Source: the human T2T-CHM13v2.0 reference genome, Homo sapiens
Length of the DNA: 64,000 bases
Reading direction: 5' to 3' (one strand)
NCBI RefSeq assembly: GCF_009914755.1
Contig: NC_060933.1
The translations under genes and the position numbers were made by a program. Below, piece after piece: positions 47,491-58,544 of the stretch; the first letter of the stretch is position 1; each line of letters starts with the position of its first letter. The notes beneath the pieces are model-generated. The model searched no databases and was not told the origin of the DNA. It saw only the letters and a program-made list of their open reading frames with translations.

Positions 47491-48499
47491 CATGTTGGAC
47501 TAAAAGATTGTAGAATATCTCAAAATTGTGTCCACTTAGTAACATGTAATAATAATGATAAACCACTTTATCAGACAATTTAGAGTTGCAATTCCTAGAA
47601 TGAGTTTGTCATGATTGTTCAGACAATAGAAACCAGTTTTCTACTTTATAAAATTTTTACTCTGAAAATAATTTTAGAATAACCATAAAAGATTTTCTAA
47701 GTATTGTAATAGTACATTAGTGTAAGATTATCATGTATCCTTCATGGCATTGTTCATTAGAAAATCTGAGATTGCCTTGGCAAACGTAAAGTATTACCTT
47801 TATGTTACTATTATACAATTTGACTTTCATTCTAACTAGGAAGATATCAAATAATTTAATCATTTTTTCTTAGTATTTCATTATTTTGAATACATCTATG
47901 AAGGCCCTGAACATTGTAATACTTTCAATACTTTCCATTTCAAAGATCAAATTAGTACTAGTGGAAACAGAGATAAATCAAGAATTAACTGAGAGCCTCT
48001 AGAAGGGTCTGATTTCTGAAGTTTCAGGTAACATATTGAGAGCAAGGGCTCCATAGTAAGCAGTTTCTAGTGGGTCATATATTCCCCAATATTTCTTTTG
48101 ACCTCACTGTATCTAATCTACTCACTGGGTGAAGTAGGTTCTATGGAAGAGTGTAAAAGCTTGATACGTCCCTCTCTCCTCCACACTCTGCAAGATTTAA
48201 TTATAAGAAGATATCTCTTTTATTCCTTAAGATGAGCCCTCTATTAATCATTTTCCAGAGAGCTCAGCAATAAACCTCTTGGATTTAATGAAATACATTA
48301 AAATAAAGGCATCTTTTTAAGTGTAACTTTATTGTGTGTAACTAATATCATTAAATGAATTATTTAAGGTTTAATTTATCACATCTAGCTCATTAAAGAT
48401 GCTCCTTAAAAGATTCATATTATTTCTACTGCACATATTTTTTGTTTTGATGTTTGTTTCCAGTAACAATATAAACTGAAATCAGTAACCTTATGACCT

Positions 48500-49470
48500 C
48501 TGTCACTCCACATACTAACTCAGATTTTGAAATATGCACATATGGATATAAATGAATAACTGAATATGTAAATAAATGAAGGAGAAGGGATAGCTCCTCC
48601 CTGAAAAGTATGTACAATTAATAAATGTAGAAGGAATTAGGGAAAAGAAAGTCATCATTAGAAAATCACAACAATAATCACTGCAGGCAAAATCCATTGA
48701 TGAACAGAGAGGATATTTACAACGTCTCCAAGTATCTTCACAAAATATTTATTAATTCTAAAGGAAACCGTGGTACCTTTATGGTAGAGAATGCTGGTAG
48801 ACACCATCCTAAATAATATTTATATCACCAATAATAAAACATGAAAATCATAATTCCTGACATGATACACTACATTGGGTATATCACTTCTACAGCATTT
48901 TTGTCAAAAGTGCATGATCTCAGTTTAATGAGAAAACATCAGATAAACCAAAATTCACAGATATTTAACAAAAAAATTACTAGTATTAAGAAATAGCAAA
49001 GTCATGAAAAACAAGAAAAGGCTTGAGGAACCGTGATTTGGAGGACACTGAAGTGACATGAATAAATCCTATGAGGAATTCTGAATTGGATCCTAGGACA
49101 GACACACAATACTGTAAAAGAAAAGCTGGTGGTATCCGAGCTAATTGCATAATTACTTAATAGTACTGTGCCAACATTAATTTCTTAGTTGTGACTATTG
49201 CAGTAGTCATGAAGAGGTTAATGTCAGAGAAAGCCAGGTGAAGCCTACATGTAAGCACTCTATTCTTTTCATAACTTTTTTTTTTTAGCAGAAAGTCTGA
49301 TTTAATTAATTTAAATAATTAAAAAGGGCTTAACACTGTTTTTCCAATTATTTCGTTTACTACTATTTGTGCTGAAGCTTTACTTTTTTCTTTTTTTATT
49401 ATACTTTAAGTTCTACTTTTTAATAACATTTTTAAAGATTTAAAATTATTTCAAAATTAGAAGTTAAAAA
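48500..49470 (+). mobile_element. L1MC4-like 3' end
   Basis: 'gtatcttcacaaaatatttattaattctaaagg...gagaaaacatcagataaaccaaaatt...cattaatttcttagtt'. Confidence 0.7.
49276..49415 (-). mobile_element. Ultra-short L1PA 3' stub plus transduced 3' flank and poly(A)
   Basis: Minus strand: TAGAACTTAAAGTATAATAAAAAAAGAAAAAAG, about 95 nt of non-L1 sequence with ATTAAA 14 nt before A11. Confidence 0.7.
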
Positions 49471-50177
49471 ACAAGCAATTGATTCTTACATAATATGCTC
49501 TAAGTTGAACACATTGCAAAACTAAAACTATTAGCAATATACTTGCAACAAATTATTAAATTCTCAAGGACTGCAAAATGAAAATTAGAATTGTATTTAT
49601 GAAGTACTCCAATCAGAATCAAATTACAATGGAAAAGAAGAGATGCTTCTTGGTTCAGATGATACACATATCCTTTCACTCAACATAATCATACATACCC
49701 AACCATGTTTGCATTATTTTAAAATCTAATACATCATAAATATTCCATTTACACAAATTTAAACAATTAGCTAGACAATATTTATCAATTTGAATGTGAT
49801 ACTCCATGATAACATTGATGTACCTCATACTCACTGAAAGCAATTCTACCTATACAAAGAGGTTATCTAAGCTTCAAGAAATTTTGGTTGGGTATAAAGA
49901 ATACATTGATTGTTTATATAATAAAATAATAGAACGGGATATCAGGAGATTATGTTCCTAGGGAATCCAAAAGGAGATAAAAAGTAAACCGACGGGTTGG
50001 AGTTGAAAGTGGAAGAAAAATAAATTAATGTTAATTATAGGTTAATATATGTGAGACTAAATCTAGAAGATTACACTAATATACTTTTGTTCCTTACAAC
50101 CATAAGGAGTAGGTTTTATCATTAACCCAATTCTGTACACATGAAACCTGAGGTACAACGAGGCTAAGTAAATCAGG

Positions 50178-50641
50178 TGTTATGTGCTGAATGGTGTCTC
50201 CAAAAAGCTATGTCTAAGACCTAACCCTTGGTACCTGTGAATGTGACTTTATTGGGAAATAGGTTCTTTGCCGATGAAATAAGGTTAAAATGAGACAATG
50301 AGGGATTGGGGTGAGCCCTAATCTAATGACTTCTGTCCTTATAAGAAGAGGAAAATTTGGAGGCAGATAGACACAGGAGGAGAACACAACCCTATTGTGG
50401 TAATAGAGACACAGGTTGGCATGATGCGTCTATCAGCCAAGGAATGCCAAAAATTGTCGACAACTTCCTGAAACTAGGAGAGAGGCACGGAAAACATCCC
50501 CCTCCTTGCCACCAGAAGGAACAAACCTTGCCAACACTTTGCTTTTGAAATTTTAGCCTCCAGAACTATGAGGCAATACATTTATTTGAAGGTACTCCGC
50601 TTGTGGCACCTTGTTATAGCAGTCCTAAAAAACAGTTTACA
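50178..50641 (+). mobile_element. MLT1C-like solo LTR within MIR-like sequence
   Basis: 'tgttatgtgctgaatggtgtctcc...gtacctgtgaatgtgactttattgggaaataggttctttgc...gcctccagaactatgaggcaataca'. Confidence 0.85.
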
Positions 50642-51364
50642 GGGCTATGAAGTGCATGAATCTGAATTCAAACATACTTAAGATTCCTCTAACTTAATCT
50701 TACTTTGTAAAAGAAATCAATCTGACAAAAGGCTTAAGACATGCATCGGACCAAAAACAGAATGGAATCCTGTGTTCTCCTGGCATTTATTCTCGATCAC
50801 ATTGTGATTGAGATCATATTATGATCACATTATGATAATTCGGGAACAAATGTTCTCCCGAACATGATAGTCAACAATAGCAGGTAGCTAGGCAACCTGC
50901 AGCTGGGCTGCAGCCAAGGAGGCAGCACCACCTCGCACCGGCCAAAACAAAGACACATTCTAGAAACATCCTGAGATAAAACTGGTGGATCACACAGTTG
51001 CTGTGGATTCAAATCTCCTTCTCTTTTATATATCTATGTATGTAGATATATGTGTGTATATCTCTGTGTGCGTGTGTGCGTGTACACACGCATGAGTATT
51101 TAAATGCACCTACTTTCTTGACAAATTAAAAAAGGAATGACTCCTTTGAGGCGGTCCTTCCTGTTTAAGCTTGAGTTTCTATTTCACTAAATGCAAATTC
51201 ATGTTGGTAGGCTACTCGTCCAGCTAGGGTTGCTGTTTCCAGACTACAGCTTAGCAGTGTGGAAATTACTGATGCACAGATTCTTTGTGATCTTAGATTG
51301 GAATGTTGGTGTTTCACTCCTATAGATTATGTTAAATTCTAAGAAAAAACGCACCTCATAGCTC

Positions 51365-54300
51365 ATGGATGGAAAAACACTGATCAAGGCATTTTTGGAT
51401 TCCAAGTTATGAACAAAATCTCTCGGAAGCACAGTGCAGCCAATGTCAAATGGGACACCTGTTAATATATTAGGAACTTCTAAGAGTAGTAACATCAAAA
51501 GTTACATAATAAACAATGCCTCTGATTGTCCATCACCCATTCATTTAATTGGAGAAAAGCAAATAAATACCAACTTAGTACAGAAGGTACTGAAGAGCCT
51601 AACAAGACTCAAAATTCACTATTAATTAATTGATCTTGAAAAACATGTTCCTATTTAAGTAATGTTTGATAAAAACAGGATAAAGGGAGATTTGAAAAGT
51701 GTTTCTTTATTCACATCAAAGTTAGCAAAGCCATCCACTGTGTGTCATCTGCAAAGGAGTTAAACCAAAGGACTTTTTCTGGACCATCTAATTTGGGTAA
51801 ATTCATCAAAGGCACATTATTAGGAAGGACGTCATACTCTTCAGTCAGTGCTCCAAAATCACTATTGAATGGATTTTATAGAAACCCACTGAGTTTCAAT
51901 AGCATGCAAAGACCTAGAGCAAATTCTTGTGCTACTAGAAGTAGTTCTAGAGAAAGCTTAGCTGAATCCTCAGACAATATTATGCATATTACTGGTGAAA
52001 AAAATGGTAAGGTCACACAACTGTTCACATTCCATTCAGAGTTCATTTCTTGCACCTTCATCTATAACCAGATCACACTCCTTCAATAGAGCTATAGATC
52101 TTATAAGTACTAACAGTACAGTCTTTTAAGTACTAACACCTATCCATTAGAGTACCTCTGCACTCATGTATGCTAACAAGAAACTATCAGCAGTAAGAAG
52201 TATGAAATTAGAGTGAACATTTGGGATAAGGATTTATTAGGTCTTATGCTGCTGGTGGAAAGAAATTGGCTTTACAATGGCCCAGGTGCAACCTTCACTT
52301 TAGGTTATTGGATGGTTCATCTCTCTCTACTGAAATCGAGCTGGCCTCAAGTTTCTGGGACTTTGATGGATCACAATTAATGGAAATAAAAATTCCCCTG
52401 CTGACATATTTGTAGAAGATGATGCTACAGTTTTGGCTAAGGATAAAGCTACTAATGAGGACCAAGAATTAACTGAAAATGAAAGTTATAGGACAGAAAA
52501 TGATGAGACCATGAACCATGATGCTAAAATAGATAGCTGAGTGATGATGTGGATAATATTTCCTTGTCTCCTCTGTCATCTTCTGATAAGAATGATTTAA
52601 GTGAAGACTTCAGAGAATATTTAATAGGTGTAAAAGACTTCAACAGAACTAGAATAACTCTAGAGGAAATTTCTCTCAAAGAAGAAAAATATGAAAAGGT
52701 AACACCCCAGAATATATCTGATTCTCTCAAGGAAAATGAAAAAATCTTGCAGTGAAACTGATAAATAGATATAAATGTCTCTAATATGAGTGAATATATG
52801 AAACATACTTCTGGGAATAATTTGATTTTACCAGACACAGATTTCAGAGCTGGTTCTTCATTTGGACTCTCCATCTGATAGCTATAATGGAACATACATG
52901 TGGAATGAAGAGGGCTTGGAACCCACTGGAAATGTCTATCCAATTGGGAGTTACGAGCCCTATGAAATGAACAACATAGATATTTTGAATAATCTTGAAT
53001 CATGTGAATTTGAGGATGATGGCCTTATGATACACATCTTGAAAATGTGGAGCATGAAAATATGAACTGCTTTGACTGACCAGACAGAAGTGTTCAACAG
53101 CCTCAGGAAGAATTTTGGAAAAGGCCACCCTAGAAATTGAGTAGACAGGAACGCTACCACGTCAGTCATCCTAACCACTGTGATTACCACGGATAAAGTA
53201 ATTTGAGCAGAGGCTCTCCCTATAGTGAATCTTCTTTGGGTCATTTTGAAAGCTATGGAGAGACACCCCTTTTCCAGGTTCAGAAAATGTTTGTAGATGT
53301 ACCAGAAAATGCAGTGATGCTGGATGAGATGACCCTCCAGCACATGGTTCAAGATTGGAGCTTTGTAAAAACTCAGTTACTCAAACTGAAACATCTCCTG
53401 CATCAGCATGAAGGACATGGTTCCTGGCATGATATTCAACTATCATTGCCATCAAGTACAAGAACCAGAAGATGGTGATGAAATATATGAGAATGAAGAT
53501 TTATTAAATGAAATAAAACAACTTAAAGAGAAAATAAAGACAAAAGATGAAAAGATCCAACAATTAGAGAACTTCAGCTTGCAATTCAGTATAACAGCCA
53601 CCAAAAATCTAAATAGGAAAAATGCACACATACTGATAAATATACCAAAATGCCCTGGAGACAAATTCCTCCTCAAGTGCTACAGCCTTCCAGCAGCCCT
53701 CCCAGACCAACAGACTACACCAAGAGAGAATGAATATAGCCCCAACATGTGGAGGTTCCCAGCAAAGGTGCAATCCAAGACATGCGTCAGGGCTTCGCAT
53801 ATCTAGATGAAAGCTTTACATATGACTTGCAACAAGAAAACAACTATGGTTTGGAAGACCACCCTTTGGCGTCAAACCCACATTAACAATGGATGTGGCT
53901 AAGAGTACATTTTCTGAAGCAAACTTAAACATGACTGTAAATGCTCAAGAGCCTTATCATTTGGCAAATAATAAAATTAGTGACATGCCGTTTGTACCCA
54001 CTTTTCTTCAGACACCTCTCCAGTCTAGTACAGTAGACCAGGCTAAGAGAGTTAGAAGCTATACATGTCACCTCATGTCCCCGCAGCTTTTAAAACCATC
54101 CATCTTGATTCTGTGATACCTCCTCCAGCTTCTGAATCATCTCCAAGCAGGACTGCTGCTTGTAAGAAGTCTTTGATAATCACAGCATGTAATTCAGCAG
54201 AACTTCAGTCAACATCAAGTAAGAAAAAAAAATCGTACAACTAATCGGAATCTGAAAGCATCTAAGCTCTGCCACCCTTCAGGTTCTTTCAAACAAAAAC

Positions 54301-55015
54301 AAATAAACAAGCTCCAACTAGAGCCTCAAAACTTCTAAGCCAAACAAGCAACTCAAAACCACTAAGACAAATAAAATAAAACATGTAGAATCCAAATAGC
54401 AATTTACATTTTGGGGATTCTTTGGCCTCTAATCATTATTCTAGTCTTCTTAAACCAAAGATATATTAAGTACATAGCTGTAACCTGCCAATTTGTTTTT
54501 TAAAAAACAATCTGTTCTGTAATAGTTTTACATGCTGTTTGCTAGTGTACTGCAGGCTCTATTGAAAAACCTGGAAATTTTAAAATTAAAATGTGAAAGC
54601 TTCTGCTAGTTTGACTCTTCCATATCCTGGTTCCAAATACATGTCATTTGAGCGTACTTATCTCGAGTAAACACAAATGTTTGCTTACCCATTTCGGAGG
54701 CCTGCCAAACGCTCTAATCATGTTATTTATCCCCCTGTACTTTGGAAAATTTATAATATTATGCTTAGCAGGCAAGAAGTGTGCTTTCCTGGTTTAATCC
54801 TGTTAGAATCTCTATTTATTGTGGTTATTAGAACCTCACTCCTTTTCACTCGTATCTCCTGTGAATATGGCTATTATTTTAACTAAAGACACGGTAATTA
54901 ATGGAAGTTCGTAGTCTGTAAATAGTGTTCTGGCCAATGCTTTATATATTTAAAAGGAGTATACAAAAACTTTGTGATGAATAAAGGAGTTTAGGCTTCT
55001 AATAAATAAATATTT
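51365..55015 (+). pseudogene. CCSER2: Processed pseudogene of CCSER2 (FAM190B): CDS-equivalent 51365-54469 plus about 550 nt of 3'UTR
   Basis: Collinear, intron-less fragments match recalled CCSER2 protein: QPMSNGTPVNILGTSK, GKFIKGTLLGRTSYSS, MQRPRANSCATRSSS, DNISLSPLSSSDKNDLSEDF, GTYMWNEEGLEP, QKMFVDVPENAVMLDEMTLQHMVQD, VKTQLLKLKHLLHQH, EDLLNEIKQLK, ending KPKIY* (TAA 54467-54469). Many stops and frameshifts. AATAAA at 54980 and 55001. Confidence 0.9.
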
Positions 55016-55440
55016 TAATATTTGCATTATTTAAATAGATTTTAACCTTTAATGTTTCTCATCCCTTGAATTCTTTGAGTTTAGGTAATTTCAGTAAAAA
55101 TTCTCAGGCAAGATACATAGTTTAAAGCTTTTTGAGGTTGCCACATAATGTGGAAAATTCTATCCTTAAATGATAATTTAGAAAGACAATTATTTCACTA
55201 AATTAAAATGTTTTAATTTATGAATTTTGAGAAATTTTAACTGGGTAGCAAAAAATAGGTAATATGGAAGTAAACAGAAATATTTTTATACAGTTCATGG
55301 TTTTTTGTTTGTAGTAAGTTTTAAATTTCACAAATACTTTGTTGAGGTAAAACTGGTATATAATAAGCTACACATATTAAAATGTACAATTTAATAATTT
55401 TGACATATATATGTGCGTTATATACACACACACATACATA

Positions 55441-55505
55441 CAGTTGGTCCCCTGTGTCTGTGGTTCCACATCAAACCAAATTCAAATTAAATATATTCAA
55501 AATAA
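55441..55505 (+). mobile_element. MER2 (Tigger-family) 5' fragment
   Basis: 'cagttggtcccctgtgtctgtggttccacatc'. Confidence 0.5.
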
Positions 55506-55583
55506 TAGTAGTATATACAGTTTATGTTCTAATAAACAGAGATAGACATTGTTGAAAATATTTCTAATTTTTTTAGAATATTT

Positions 55584-55952
55584 AGATATGGTTTGGCTCT
55601 TTTCCCCAGCCAAATCACATCTCGAATTGTAATCCCCATAATTCCCAATTGTCAAGGGCGGGACCTGGCGGGAGGTAATCAGATCATGGGATGTTTCCCC
55701 CATGCTGTTCTCATGATAGTGAGTACTCACAAGATCTGATGTTTTTATAAGTGTTTGACAGTTCCAACTATACACACTCTCTCTCTCGCCTGCCACCACA
55801 TAAGACATGCCTGCTTCCCCTTCCGCCATGATTATAAATTTTCTGAGGCCTCTCCAGCCATGCAGAACTGTGAGTCAATTAAACTGTTTTGTCTTTGTAA
55901 ATTATGCAGTCTCAGGCAATTCTTGATAGTAGTGTCAGAATGGATTAATACA
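55584..55952 (+). mobile_element. THE1D-like MaLR solo LTR
   Basis: 'gatatggtttggctc...gaattgtaatccccataattccc...ctgtgagtcaattaaac...gattaataca'. Confidence 0.9.
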
Positions 55953-56902
55953 ATTGGTTTTAGATTATTTTAGATCTCAGTATCAATAATTCAATTAGAT
56001 CATCACTGAATTAGTTTAGTAAATATTCTTGTACAAATACACTATAGTGTTGCAAAATTAGCATTTGCAATTGATAATTATCATCTCTGTTCAAAAAATC
56101 CAATTATATATTAGCAAACAATTAAAAATAAAAAACACATTTTACAATTTTATTAAAACAAAATACTTAGGAAAAAAATTAACAAAAAAATACAAGATTG
56201 CAATAAAAAATAAGAATTCATAAGTAAAATTTAAAAAACTAAGTAAATGAAGAGGCATACTGTGTTCATAAATTTTATCATTTTATCATTTGATATTCAA
56301 TATGTCTATATTCTCCAAAAGGATTTTTATAATTACACAAGGTCTCAATCAAATATCCGTAGCAATTTTGTAAAAATTGATTATTCTAAAAACATATAAA
56401 AGTTGGAAAGGCCTAATATAGTGAAAACAATTTTGCAAAATAAGGAAGTTGAAACACTTAACACTATGTGGTTTTGAGACTTAATTTAGACTGAGACCAT
56501 CATATAATTCATCAAAAATATTTTAAATAAATACTACTCAAAATAATTACTGGGCACAGGTACTTTACCAATAAATTGGATTACAAAATTTGATCTTAAG
56601 ACCATGAGTAATGTCTATTCTTTTAAATGTTGTCTGCTTACTAATGAAAAAATATGACTTAACAAAATTAGAACCAAGTTAATAAATATCCAATTATGAA
56701 ATTTCCAGAAAAACAAGGATAATCATCAAAATCTAATAAAATAAACTAAAATAACATAAATAAGACATCTTTAGGTAATTGTAGTTACTTTGTTTTATCT
56801 ATATTTTGTATATATACAGTACCATACATTGCTTCAGTAAGAATTTATCAAATGCCTATTGAGCTGATCACCAGAAACTGAATTGAATGAAAGCCTTCAT
56901 CA

Positions 56903-57260
<358 letters not shown>

Positions 57261-58544
57261 TGAATAAGATGCACAGTCAATTTAGTTGTGGTGCATAATG
57301 GTGGGGGTAAAATAAGGGAGGAAACAAAAATAGAATTGTGTTTTTTATTTTATAGAAAGTACAGGCTTGTCTTAGGCCAAAACATAGGCAAAGGCTGAGA
57401 ATAAAGAGAGGAAATGATTTCCTCTGTTTCATGAGTCATGAAAGAACAAACTGTACTCTGGTTCTATTAAAGGCTTGTATTCATAAGTAGAGCATCTTCT
57501 GTCTTTGCTACTCTAGGATTATAGGAGTATTATGAGTAAAACCTCTATGTTTAAACACATTCCAAAACCTGTTAATCAAAGCTGTAAAGTTACCCTCGGT
57601 CTGTTTAGCATGAGTTTTCATGGCTTCCTCGAAACCCTGAAGTGGGTTTTCTTTTTTCCATCTTTTCAGAAACCACAGTCAGATTCAATAAAATGTGATT
57701 CTTGGACACTAAATGCTCCCCTGTCCCAGAAGACAGGCACTGTTTATATTAGATTAGATCCTTCAAACCTAGTTCATCACAGTGTACAGATATTTAACAG
57801 ATAACCTGGCAGAGAAAAATACGATAGAACAGAGAGACTGAAGCATCACCCAACAGTTAGTAAAAGTATGAACCAGTGAAAATGAGCCTATTCAACATAC
57901 TGAACATACTTGAATAGAATCAATTTATCAAATTGTGCCTGTATTTATCCTAGGATTAGTTATCTGAGCCCATGTATTACAAAATTGTATAAACAAAGGG
58001 ATTAATCTATGTCCTTAGAAAATTTGATACATTCCTGATGTCAATGCAAAATCACTATCTTCATATTTGTGATATTAAAGTAAACAGAAAGTAGTCATCT
58101 TTTATCATGCAATATTTGTCAACAGTAGCTCAATTATTTATTTAATACTTAGCTCCTAATTTTAATTTATACATGTGAGTAGTTACATATGAGTTTAAAT
58201 ACATTTATTTTCTTAATCACTGGTATTATTTTTTACTATTAAGTCTCACTCAATAATATTTTTTATTATTTACAGTGAAATATTAGTCTCCATTTTAAGT
58301 GTACATTTTACCCAAACCAATAATACCAGGACATTAAAGAAATGTTGTATGTCATCTCTTGAGGCTTTTAAAAAATATCCTTATTGATAGAGTCATGCTC
58401 TATTGGAGAAAATAAAACACTACAATTAAATTAATCAGCATGTTTGAACTCAGTATAAATAATAATTAAGCATTTCTAAGGAATTATTTTATTAAACTTT
58501 ATTTCACTAAACAATGACTACCTGCACATAACAGTTTAATCTTT

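Noticed and set aside
50843-50856. GGAACA-aa-TGTTCT as an androgen or glucocorticoid response element
   Set aside because: The spacer is 2 nt; the canonical element needs 3.
51742-54116. Sub-ORFs of 60-160 aa in the CCSER2-like region as a possible retrogene
   Set aside because: A stop follows soon after the start and stops or frameshifts recur throughout; the minus-strand ORFs are antisense shadows.
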